Assembly: GCA_030295235.1 (NCBI GenBank)
Contig: AP026129.1
Coordinates: 372,001 to 436,000 of the forward strand
Direction: 5' to 3'
Length of the DNA: 64,000 bases
Origin: Fistulifera solaris
Taxonomy: Eukaryota
How positions within the stretch are numbered: position 1 is the first letter of the stretch; each line of letters begins with the position of its first letter. Under the pieces are notes generated by a model. The model saw only the letters and a list, made by a program, of their open reading frames with translations, made no database searches and was not told where the DNA came from. Position numbers and translations under genes: made by a program. This document shows positions 21,502 through 32,103 of the stretch, piece by piece.

Positions 21502-22683
21502 ATGTTTCGAAAGCTTACCGATCGCGTAACCTCCGCTGCCTCATCCTTGCTGGGCAGAGAGGACAGCAACGTTCAACAGTTAGTTGAATTGGGCTTCGAA
21601 GCAAACCGCGCCCGAGCAGCCTTACAATCCACCAACGGTAACGTCGAACAAGCCGCCGAGCTACTTCTTGCCGGAGATATATCTCAGCAGCATACCGCAA
21701 GCAACGAAGGAGAAGAAGACGCCATGTTACAGCGAGCATTACAAGAAAGTCTCCAGCAACCGAAACCGACACGGACCGCGGCTATGAGGGCTGCGGCCAG
21801 GGCTGCCGAAGAACGCTTCGAATCACAAAAACTACCGTATCAGAAGAAAACGTCTAGTCGTTCCAGCTCGACAGATTCTCGTCAGTCAAAGATTTCCTTG
21901 CCATCCGCTGGAGGGCTGTCAGTAACGCATCCTGACGTTAAGGTCATTCCCAAGTTACAGGACAAGACGAAAGAAGAACAAGTACTACGGTGTGCTGATC
22001 GACTGAAAACGTATCCAAATGCGGTTGATACTTTATTACGAGCACTGACGGCAGTTCAAAAAGATCCCAACAATTTGAACTTTCGAATTATTGAAACAAA
22101 TACACCGGTCTTTCAACGAACCCTGCAAAGCGCCCCTGGTGCCGTGGACCTACTGCGCGCAATGAATTACTATCCTGTCGGAGAAAAACTCATTTTGGAT
22201 CGATCGAATGTTGATGCGGCATTGTTGTTTTTAGGGACTTCGGCGCTAGAGCAATCCAAGCAAACATCTGAGTATCGATCGGAAAAGGCCAAACTGACCT
22301 TTGCGAAAACAATCGAACAAATCCGTCAATCGGCCGACTCGAGTGAGTCGGAAGCTATTCAGCGTTCGGCTTTCATGGCGAAATGTCCGTCGGAGCCTGC
22401 GGCGGGACGTGGGACACTGGTACAAGTGCAAATGGCGGAATCGACGGTATTGCGGAGGTTCGATGGCGACGACACGTTGGACGACATTTTGAATTGGATT
22501 GCCGGTCACGGCATTGCCATTCGCGACAAGCTTTTGTCACAAGAATGGCAACTCGTGGATTTGAACAAGTACCCGTCCACTCCACTAGATTGCCGAGCCA
22601 ATCAACACCATACTTTACAATACATTGGATTATTCCCTAGTGGAAAGCTTGAAATCGTTCCTAACGTAAAATATTTGAAATAA
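21502..22683 (+). CDS. UBA-UIM-PUB-UBX domain protein (p97/Cdc48 cofactor)
   Basis: UBA LVELGF...AL...GNVEQAAELL; UIM EDAMLQRALQES; PUB DPNNLNFRII..N..F; UBX RRFDGDDTL...YP...TLQYIGLFPS. Confidence 0.85.
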   Translation: MFRKLTDRVTSAASSLLGREDSNVQQLVELGFEANRARAALQSTNGNVEQAAELLLAGDISQQHTASNEGEEDAMLQRALQESLQQPKPTRTAAMRAAARAAEERFESQKLPYQKKTSSRSSSTDSRQSKISLPSAGGLSVTHPDVKVIPKLQDKTKEEQVLRCADRLKTYPNAVDTLLRALTAVQKDPNNLNFRIIETNTPVFQRTLQSAPGAVDLLRAMNYYPVGEKLILDRSNVDAALLFLGTSALEQSKQTSEYRSEKAKLTFAKTIEQIRQSADSSESEAIQRSAFMAKCPSEPAAGRGTLVQVQMAESTVLRRFDGDDTLDDILNWIAGHGIAIRDKLLSQEWQLVDLNKYPSTPLDCRANQHHTLQYIGLFPSGKLEIVPNVKYLK

Positions 22684-22797
22684 ACAAGAAGTACTCGTCC
22701 ACTCTACTAGATTGCCGGGCCAATCAACACAATACATTGGATTTTTCCCTAGTGGAAAGCTTGAAATCGTTCCTAACGTATAATATTTGAAATAAAC
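22567..22797 (+). repeat. Tandem duplication of the last ~115 bp of the UBX gene
   Basis: 22567-22685 and 22689-22797 are near identical; copy 2 has a 10-nt deletion and a few substitutions. Confidence 0.9.
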
Positions 22798-22867
22798 CAG
22801 AATTTTTGACAGAGTAAATGGGACATGCATTGAATTGACAAAAATAAGACTCTTAGCGAGCCACCAG

Positions 22868-24547
22868 TCAGCTGATGGGAAAGGAGCCAACGCTGCCACT
22901 AAGTAGCCCCAAGGCTAACGCAAACATCAAAATTTCGGACATGATCTTGATGGACGTATCATTCTTGTTCTTGGGAAGCAAGGTAGGTGCGTATACGAAA
23001 GAAGTCGCTAGAAGAAGTCATGCGAGCAACCAAAAGAAAATTGAATAAAAAATGAAAAGATATCGCTTCGGATCTGAAGCCACGGGTAATCCTTAGCCGT
23101 GGTACAGGTGAAGAGCGACAGCACTAGCAAAACTCTTCCAAGTGAAAGAAGCAACAGACGTGTAAATACCCAGTTGTAGACAATTGAGTTTGCTGCAAGT
23201 ACACGACCCGCGAAGTCTCCCACATTATAAAGAACAAACGTCAAAGGCGTGTACAGGTCGTTGGCCCATCGTTTGGTAGTTGAACACTGTTGAATACTGA
23301 CCAAGAACGAAGTCCAAACCGGAAACATGGTTATCGATGTCAAAAGGTGATATAAATACAAGCTACCGGACTGCGTATCACCCGTATCACTTCCATCACA
23401 TTTGCTTGCGTTGATAAACTGTTGGCTCTCTTCACTTCACAAGATTCTATCGAAGCCGACGACAAGGGGGCGAGAGAAGAATCGGACCATTCATATGTTT
23501 TGCCAGGGAGCAGTCGTGTGGTTTGAGACGGTGAGCCAGGGAGATTGACTGATGCGACGGTTGACGAAAGTGACTCTTGTCGGCTTAGTAATAGCTCCAC
23601 ACCGTTGGCGGAATAAATGATTTCCTCAGTTTCGCAGCACTTCCGCTCCAGTTCATCCTTAAGAAAAGTAATACAGGAAATACCAAGCATACACGCTAAA
23701 AGTACCAAAGATCCGAGAAAAAAGAATCCGAAAACGCTCCAGTCGATGCGAGTGTAACCAACACAATCAGCTTCACGAAGCAGAGAATGAGAGGGACTTG
23801 TCGCTTTTTCCTCACATGTTGTCTCAAAAAAGAGTTCGGGCGATCGAAGCGAAGCAGCTATTAAGTGGACCAGTGACACGACTACTCCAGCAGCGCCTTG
23901 ACCCTATAAAACCGAGTGTTGAGTCTTGGTGATCGTAGATCGTATGACGACGCTAATGTACCTACCATCAGATGTGGGTTCATAGCAACATCAGAAGAAA
24001 ACCAACCAGCGCAAGCTACGCATCCTGCGGACATTAATGAATTTGCAAGTCCACATAAAATCAAAGAGACCTGGGCAACAAATCGGACACCAGGAGCATC
24101 CACAAACAAAACCGACAAAGATTGTAGGCCCATTACGAACGCTGTGACAGAAAAAGGTACCCAAATGAACATTACTGATATATTTGTGACATTTTCTCCG
24201 TCGATAATTTTTTTAGGAGATACAACCCACTGAAAAGTGAGAACTGCTCCCATGGAAAGCACCATAGAGAAGGTGTAAAGAAAGACAAGTTCTGACTCGA
24301 TGTTGTGGCAAGTTCTTGTTTCGAAGTAGTCCTTTGCATTCGTGAACGCATTCCAGGGAACTAAATTTCCAATTCCAAGCAGAGCGAAAATACATTGCAG
24401 AGCAAAACGCGGATTTCGCTTGAAAAGAGGTGATAGAATGTGACGACGCCATGGTCGTGGACGGCGAGGAGTTGGGAATGTTGCGTGATTGCTCGGTAAA
24501 CTCATTCCGACAAAGATCCGGGCGTCATCTTCGGCTTGTCCGATCAT
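22868..24547 (-). CDS. Equilibrative nucleoside transporter (ENT), frame-disrupted
   Basis: LGIGNLVPWNAF, intron 23965-23904 then GQGAAG, SITMFP, YNVGDFAGR, GLLSGS; frameshifts near 23342 and 23019; TGA at 22868-22870 may be premature (TAA at 22853). Confidence 0.8.
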
Positions 24548-25194
24548 ATATCTTATATAAGTAAAAGTTGATATTCATCCACTTAATTAATATACTTTCT
24601 TCCAACCGCTACCGCGTTTCAAATAAAATAAATTGCAAAAGCGAAAACGCACAAAGGAAATTATAGTTCTATCGATGTAGGGGGCACCCGGATATTACTT
24701 CACATTTATTTGACCGCACCATAGTTGGGGCCCGTTTTGCGCCAATCATCGCTCTAACCTTGATTGACATAGATTGTTTGGATTGTGAAAAGCAGCAAGT
24801 AATCGATATCTATACAAAAACAAAGAAACGAGAAAAATGTCATACTACAAAAGTCTACGTGGTAGCCACGTTGCCCCTCGTAGGAAATTTTATCGACGTA
24901 GGTTTCACCAAACCAGCTCTGAGGTTTGGTTTGGGCCAAGCTTCGCTCGTTCAATTAACCAGATAGCTTTTACAATATCGAACAGCAAAGATCAAGCGGT
25001 AAATAAGATAAATCTATGGAATATAGAGGAGACTTACAATGCTTCGAAAGTCTACGTGCTTTACATGTAGCTTCAGTAAGAAATTTATCGATGTAGGGAT
25101 ACCCGGATATTGTCATCCTCGCATCGAACTCGCTCGAACACTTTTTTCAACGCGTTTGTATGTTCATCAAATTGCCTGTTTCATTCAACTCATC

Positions 25195-26364
25195 ATGGCA
25201 TCAAATAGTTTTACTTTAAAGCAGCCGAGTAAGCAGCGTCAAGTGGGCTCATTACGATGGTTTGCGGGCTTGCTCATGGCGTCCACGTTCTCCATGGTCT
25301 ATTTCGTGGCACCGTTTTACATGTTGACCGCTGCTACCATACTTCTTGCTGCTCCAACAAGTGCATTCACATGGATTTATATTATGCCCATACTGGTATC
25401 TGCTTTAGTGAAGCCCGTGCCGATGCCTTTTGTCCTTCGCTGGTTGCGACCGATGGTCCACTATTTTGATTACGAAGAAATCGTGGAAACGTCGCCTATC
25501 AATGTTCGCGAGGAAATTTTGATGAAGGGAAAGAACTATTTATGTGTATTTCAGCCACATGGGGCATTGTCGTTCACCGGAATTGTTTCTGCAGTGACCG
25601 CGGAATCAGCCTTTCAAGGTACAGTCGTGTGACAAAAGAACCAATATAGTGTAGTGAAGACCTGCTGCTGCTTGTGAAACAATTTTTCACGTTCGTTTTG
25701 GCTCTCATATTGTTGCTAATACTCATTCAGGAACTATGCCCACTGCGGTGGCCGATGCGGTTTTGTTGACACCGATTGTGAAGCATGTGTTAGGAATATT
25801 TGGAATTATTTCTGCATCGAAACGAAGCATGCAACAAGCTTTGAAAAGGCCAGGACCCGAAGGCTGCGTTGTGCTTTACGTGGGAGGTATGGCGGAGCTG
25901 TTTCTGAGTTGTGAGAACAACGAAAAGCTTTATTTGATGAATCGAAAAGGATTTATTAAACTTGCCTTGCAAGAAGGTGTCGACGTTGTTCCAATTTACT
26001 TGTTTGGTAACACCACAGTACTTTCTGTGCTAAAGAAGGGGGCTCTGGCTATGATATCTCGAAAGCTTCAGGTGTCGTTGACTTACATTTGGGGAAAATG
26101 GGGACTACCCATTCCACGCGACTGTAAGGTGAGTTTTTTGATAGTGGTGTTTATAAATGCTTTACAGATCACGGCTCATTCTTGTTGCTTTCTTAGCTTT
26201 TATACGTCAGTGGACAACCTTTGGGAATGCCAAAGATTGAAAACCCAACTCAGGAAGATATTGATAAATGGCATGCGAAGTATTGTAGCGAGGTCAAGCG
26301 TTTGTTCGACACGTACAAAGATCGAGTGCCCGAATACAAAGACAAACAACTTGAGATCGTGTGA
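25195..26364 (+). CDS. DGAT2: Diacylglycerol acyltransferase type 2 (DGAT2)
   Basis: Exons 25195-25618, 25731-26128, 26197-26364; FQPHG, YVGGMAE, RKGFIKLA, VPIYLFG, G.P; C-terminus YKDKQLEIV*. Confidence 0.9.
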
Positions 26365-26673
26365 TTCTTACAATGAAGATACCATGTTGATCATAAATTT
26401 TAACTTATTTGTCTCACATTTATGACATTCTTGTAAGTGCGAAAGCATTCGTCATCGTTCATCATGCCCTAGTTTCACGGAACTGTCTTCGATCGTACCG
26501 GTACCCGGTACCGGTTTTCTGCAATGAGAAGCGCGCGTACGAGATTAAAAGATCTCGGAATCGAAATCACTTCATTCATCGTCGCTTTTTACAAAGGACG
26601 TACTCTGGTTAGAGTTTCTCTTAAAGTAACCAAGTCTTGCATCTTTGCCTGTATATCAGCAATAACCATAATC

Positions 26674-27519
26674 ATGACAACGCTGCTCATTATTGACGCG
26701 CAAAAAGACTTTCATCCCGGAGGAAACTTGGCCATTCCTACGGCAAATCAAGACGCCGTTCGTATTGCTCGATTGATTCGTGAGCGCGGCGAGTCTATCC
26801 AACGAATTGTAGCGACATTGGATACTCATCAAAAGCTTCATATCGCTCATCAGTGGTTCTGGAAAGAGCGCCCAGCACCCTTCACGATTATTTCGGCTCA
26901 GGAGATTGCCGACGGCAAGTACAATCCACGCGCATCGATTCGATTATCGAATTCTTTGCTGGACCCTGCTGTTTTTGAAGATAGCAGCAAAGTCCTTGAC
27001 GAAAAAGATGAAATTGATGCTCGAAAGTATGCTCTGGAATATACGAGACGTCTGGAAGAACGAGGAAGGTTTCAACTTTGTATTTGGCCTGAACATTGTT
27101 TGATTGGCTCGCCGGGACATGGGCTTGTGGACGTAATATCAGAAGCATTACACGGATGGTCCGAGCAGACGGGTCGGTCTGTCGAATGGATCCTCAAAGG
27201 CCAAAACCTACTTACCGAAATGTATTCCGCGCTTGAGGCCGACGTGCCCGTATCGGTAGATACTTCTTTTAACCGCGACTTTCACCAAACGTTACTCAAG
27301 TCCGAGAAGTTAATTGTTTGCGGGCAAGCAATGAGTCACTGCGTTAACTACACGGTCCGGGATATTGTTTTACACTGGCCTGTCGATCAAATGTCGAAGA
27401 TTATCCTCCTCACGGATTGTACTTCCGCGGTGCCAGGTTTTGAAGAGGCTGCTTTGAATTTCCGAAAGGATATGGAGAGTATAGGAGTTCAGTTAAAAAT
27501 GTCGACGGCTGAACTTTGA
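26674..27519 (+). CDS. Nicotinamidase / isochorismatase-family cysteine hydrolase
   Basis: LLIIDAQKDF, GNLAI, TLDTH, IWPEHC, KG..EMYSA, CGQAMSHCV, DCTSAVPGF; intronless. Confidence 0.88.
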   Translation: MTTLLIIDAQKDFHPGGNLAIPTANQDAVRIARLIRERGESIQRIVATLDTHQKLHIAHQWFWKERPAPFTIISAQEIADGKYNPRASIRLSNSLLDPAVFEDSSKVLDEKDEIDARKYALEYTRRLEERGRFQLCIWPEHCLIGSPGHGLVDVISEALHGWSEQTGRSVEWILKGQNLLTEMYSALEADVPVSVDTSFNRDFHQTLLKSEKLIVCGQAMSHCVNYTVRDIVLHWPVDQMSKIILLTDCTSAVPGFEEAALNFRKDMESIGVQLKMSTAEL

Positions 27520-27739
27520 GGTGTAGGCGTTTAAATTTTCGCGCTCTGCAGGAGAAAGGTTTTTGTTTTTACGTGCACAAGCGCGACACGTTAGTTACAC
27601 ATGGATCTGGGTTATATGATTGTCTGTTAAAGTCTTTTAGTTACGTGTTGAAGACTATTTCGGATGTCTTGTTCAAAACGACTAGACTGTTACTTTTAGA
27701 AATGATTCAAAAGGAAACTAGAATGTCTAGAACATTTGA

Positions 27740-28465
27740 ATGACCAAAAACACCGTCTTTAGAAATTCTGGAACAACTGCAGAATTTCTGTATGATGATA
27801 TATTGCGTTTTCAGAAGTTCTAGCCCGTACTGGTACAAAGAATTTCTGTAAGATGAAATACACCAAATCCAACTACCAGGTACTCCAAGATAAACCGTTC
27901 AATAATTTCTGAAAGTATGACCGATAACATCGTACTCAGAACTAACTTATGTTTGAAAAGGGTCACCCATACCAGAATTTCTGGAAATCGCACAGAATTT
28001 CTGGTGAAATGCACCGTATCTAGAATTTCTGGAAATGTCCACAGAATTTCTGTAAGATGAAATACACAGACTCAAAAACTTCAGGAACATACACAGAACT
28101 TCTGTATGATGAAATACACCGTGCCTAATATATCTAGAAAGTATAAAGATTTGTGGATGATGAAATACACCGTCTCCAGAATATCTGGAACGCACGCAAA
28201 ATTTCTTTGGACTTGAAACACCGTACTGAGAATTTCAGGAATATACAGAATTTCTGTATGATTTAATACCCCATTCCCAGAATTTCTTGAGCATCCATAT
28301 GTACACAGAATTTCTGTATTATAGAACTCACTATGACCAGAATATCTGGAAGACACATAGAATTTCTGTATGAGTGAATAAACCGTTTCCCGAATTTCTG
28401 GAACAGCAATGACTTCTTTTCCAGAATTTTTGGACTGAAAACAACATTTCCCGAACTTTGGAAAT
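27740..28465. repeat. Degenerate ~50-bp tandem array (minisatellite) rich in CAGAATTTCTG palindromes
   Basis: About a dozen units approximating ccagaatttctggaa-n4-6-cacagaatttctgtatgatgaaatacaccgt; interrupted ~27870-27970. Confidence 0.85.
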
Positions 28466-28856
28466 CACACGGTTCCCCCCCTCATTGGGAAACGGGCTCT
28501 GGACTGGCCCTCTACCAGTACTAGAGCTAGAGCTAGGACCAAAGCCTACTCAGCGAAGTGCCAGATTGGAATATATGTGAAAAAGTGAAACGAAAAATGG
28601 AGAATTCTGTCGAATGCCAAGATTACATTTTGACGTTAGGAAATTAGGAATAAATATTAATAAATGAGTATGGGTTTCTCTATAGAAAGCAGAAAGGTTA
28701 ATACATAGAAGGTGCTCTTGTGTAGTCGTACTGGTTTAGACTTTCACTCCGACGAGCGACAACCGTGCGTCAACCGTCGTTGCCATTCGTTTCGACCATG
28801 ACAGCTTTTGTTATCTCAAAATTGCACGTTACCATTATTTTTTTCTACAATTCACA

Positions 28857-29312
28857 ATGTTTTCTATAATTAAACCTCTTGCTCGAAATCTGAAAGCCTT
28901 CATAAAGCCTTTGGTCTGCACTGCAAGCAACGGAGCAATAACCCCGAGCCTCTCCCCGCTGGTCGATTTGCAACAGCGCTTCCGCAGCAATCGCTCTAGA
29001 CGTGGACTGTACGACGGTAAAGATATTCGTTCCGGAAACAACGTCTCATTCAGTATGAAATCGACCAAGCGAAAGTTCAAACCGAACGTTTTCCTCAAGC
29101 GCGTTTATTCTGAAGTTTTGGACGAGATGGTTCGATTCCATTTGACGACTTCCGCCCTCCGTTCGATTGACAAAGCAGGCGGATTGGATAACTATCTCAT
29201 GAAGAACGAATTCACCGAGGGAGAAGGATTTGAAGTTAAAAGAAAAATTATGAAAAGACTTAAGAATCAAGCCCGATACGAGCGCAAAACAGAAGAGAGA
29301 TCTGCAGCATAA
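28857..29312 (+). CDS. Mitochondrial ribosomal protein bL28m
   Basis: GLYDGKDIRSGNNVSFS..TKRKFKPNV, TTSALRSIDKAGGLDNYL; basic presequence. Confidence 0.9.
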   Translation: MFSIIKPLARNLKAFIKPLVCTASNGAITPSLSPLVDLQQRFRSNRSRRGLYDGKDIRSGNNVSFSMKSTKRKFKPNVFLKRVYSEVLDEMVRFHLTTSALRSIDKAGGLDNYLMKNEFTEGEGFEVKRKIMKRLKNQARYERKTEERSAA

Positions 29313-30040
29313 TCCATCAAAGATAACTAACCGGCCATTGCGATTTCTTTCAGTTCCATTGTTCTTCTCCGACTTTCTAAATATGCCAGATATCTTAGTT
29401 TCCATGTAGGCCGAGTGCTTGCTTCAAACTCCTTCATTCACAGTTTTTCGATTCTTCATGGAGGTCTCGAGAAAACTTCAGTTATCTCTTGTCTATTTCA
29501 AAACCCAGACACTCAATTTATTTCAGTCCTGGAAGTGTCAATTCATTGTAATACTGCGACCTGTAGAAAGACATTTGAATCATGACAGTCTTGCAATAAC
29601 CTCAACTCCCTTCATTTTAACACTGTGATACCTGGTATTGTAATTAATAGCGATCTTCGTGGCGCTCCACGCAGTCGATGAGAATCTTGTGAGGCTGGTT
29701 CCCAGTCAGCCAACCGGATGTCTCTTGAGGCAGCCAGTCTGAATCAGTTACTAGTGGCTTATGTATCGCGAGAGTAAGAACCTATAACGTGGATAGGACT
29801 TCAAAGATAATATCAAAGCTATTACTCCGTATTGTAATAGAGGTGACAATCAAAATTAGTACGGAGTAATAACTAAAAATAATAACTAAAAACCTTACTG
29901 CAGACTGGCAGGTTCGTCGAAGATTCATTCTCACTGATTTCCGAGCATCCCTTCCAGGTCGCTACAAGTATGTTGGATTCAAACAATAACTATCAACGCG
30001 ATGCCTCGTTGATCTGTTTATTTTCAAATAAGTCGACAAG

Positions 30041-31498
30041 ATGCCTTCTGAAGAGGATCCGCTTTTACCTACGCAAAGGAAGGAGGCGCCGGATGAGCAA
30101 TTTAGCAACAGCAAATACGCTATCCTTCGTTCTGTATGCATTGTCCTTGTTTTCTGCTCGCTCCTTGTCCTAGGATTCTTTGCCATTCAAAAGGAAGTGG
30201 TACCCATAATCTGGCGAAGAGCAAAGAGTAGTTACTATGATAACGACGTTCTGGAAATGGAAGATGACGAGTATAAAGGTCGGTACACTGCGACGCAATT
30301 CATCAGTTTCACTATCAACACAATGGGCGGTTCAGCCGAACATGGCGAATGCGAAGGCCTGGATATTGACCCTAAATCAGGGCTTTGTTACTTGGGAAAC
30401 AAGAACATTACCAAAGACGTGTTTCATCGCTATAAAATTATCGAAGAGTCGTTACGGAAGCTCGTCGATCATTCACTGACAAAGAACAGCAAAATCGACC
30501 CCAGTCCCAAAGTCTTGAAGATATTCATGGTGCCCGAGTTCTTCTTTCGCGGCCCTAACGGAGCATATTCTGTCGAGGATATGAGAGATGATCAGGTCGA
30601 TGATTCCAGGGATGGCGTTCTTATTCAAGCATCCGATCGGATGCGGGCCTTTATTGCAGACGATGTCTTTCAAGATTTTCTGTTTGTCTTTGGTACAACC
30701 ATCATCGCCCAGTCACTCGACAACAATCCTGAAGATAATATCGATTCAGAAAAACCATGGATGACCAATAACACGAAAGGTGACCAAGTTCTGTATTACA
30801 ACTTTGCTCCCGTTGCTAAGGGTGGTAGAGGGCACAATCACCACTACTTATTTCAAAAGAAGTACATTAGTGGAGTTGACTTTTTATCGCGAACCAAGCT
30901 ACCCAATCCACGCGATTCGCGTATCAGTCGATACGCGGATACTTGGGAAGAACTGGAAAAGACACTAGCACTGCGGGGAACGACGATTGTCGACAGGAAC
31001 ATTATTGAATTGGATGGGATTCGGATTGGTTTGGAAATATGCCTCGATCACAGGATCGGGGTACTCTGGAATACAATCGCGAGTGAGCGGCACCCACATT
31101 TGGTTGATGTTCAACTCATCACCAGTGCCGGAATGTCGATTCAGCGAGGACCCAATCCGATTGTTCCCGGTGGGGTTGTTTATCTCACCGATGGTGGAGC
31201 ATCATCTGCTGCCTGTGTCAGAACAAGCAAGGCTCCCTTCAATCCTGATACCATTTGTCGACAGAAACCTGATGGGCTCAAACACGTTCCGGTGGGAGGT
31301 CCAGGCTATAGTAATTTCATTGAAATCGCTGGCTGTCTCGATTTGGAAAACACCACTCTTCTACACGATTATTACAGCATCTATCAAGACCAAGGGTGTG
31401 CTTACACGTTGAAAACCTACGGAATTGACGTGATGGATGATTTAAAATTTTATCCGCCGAGCCTAGAGATCTATCCTACGGTTGATCTTCCCCTCTGA
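30041..31498 (+). CDS. Type II membrane protein with carbon-nitrogen hydrolase (nitrilase)-like catalytic motifs
   Basis: Single N-terminal TM; IFMVPEFFFRG (Glu), QKKYIS (Lys), GLEICLDH (Cys). Confidence 0.65.
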   Translation: MPSEEDPLLPTQRKEAPDEQFSNSKYAILRSVCIVLVFCSLLVLGFFAIQKEVVPIIWRRAKSSYYDNDVLEMEDDEYKGRYTATQFISFTINTMGGSAEHGECEGLDIDPKSGLCYLGNKNITKDVFHRYKIIEESLRKLVDHSLTKNSKIDPSPKVLKIFMVPEFFFRGPNGAYSVEDMRDDQVDDSRDGVLIQASDRMRAFIADDVFQDFLFVFGTTIIAQSLDNNPEDNIDSEKPWMTNNTKGDQVLYYNFAPVAKGGRGHNHHYLFQKKYISGVDFLSRTKLPNPRDSRISRYADTWEELEKTLALRGTTIVDRNIIELDGIRIGLEICLDHRIGVLWNTIASERHPHLVDVQLITSAGMSIQRGPNPIVPGGVVYLTDGGASSAACVRTSKAPFNPDTICRQKPDGLKHVPVGGPGYSNFIEIAGCLDLENTTLLHDYYSIYQDQGCAYTLKTYGIDVMDDLKFYPPSLEIYPTVDLPL

Positions 31499-31767
31499 AT
31501 TTTGCACTTACAGGGTGCGCCGTAAACACAAATTTCCGATGTGGTTCTTAAGGCTTTCTGTAAAATAGCCGACCATCGCGTTTGCTAACGCCAACTCCTG
31601 ATTTGATAGCCTATTACATAGGTACTCCATCATCTTGTTACGGCTTTTTAGTTCCATTAAACTAGCTTCGGGAATGAATGCCATAGTAGACGGTTGCATA
31701 TCATTAACGACATTTATTGTTCAAGAAGCTCGCGGAACTTTTTGTAGGCTTGTCTAGGTCAGCTCGT

Positions 31768-31925
31768 GAAAAATTATATTCATGACTGAATCGCAGTCGT
31801 GGAGAAAGGTCGCCTACAATTTGTGTTAGAATAAACGAATGACATTTTGAAAATTATTCATGACTGAAATGCAGTCGTGGGGAAAGGTCGCCTACAACCT
31901 ACAATCTGTGTTAGAATAAACGAAT
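31768..31925. repeat. Tandem duplication of a ~75-bp intergenic unit carrying the CATGACTG-N5-CAGTCGTG palindrome
   Basis: 31768-31840 and 31849-31925 align closely. Confidence 0.85.
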
Positions 31926-32103
31926 TTAACCTTATTTATATTGTAGATCTTGACATTCATGCAGCCGTCACCGTAACTCAATCGCGATGCGTGATGAGCT
32001 GGTTTACAATTAACAAGGAGTTTCGTCGAGAACAGAAAGTATTCATGTCATACATTTTGGTCACTTGTTGCTCTGGGGAAGTGCCCTCGTCGTGAATACA
32101 GAG

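Noticed and set aside
26674..27519. Bacterial contamination or a recent HGT island (nicotinamidase; also GGT and FAH)
   Set aside because: These intronless, bacterial-looking genes are scattered among intron-containing eukaryotic genes with no visible compositional break; ancient transfer cannot be judged without phylogeny
27740..28465. CRISPR array or heat-shock-element array
   Set aside because: Units are degenerate along their whole length with no unique spacers, no cas genes and a eukaryotic context; the GAA-T-TTC spacing does not fit the canonical nGAAnnTTCn HSE
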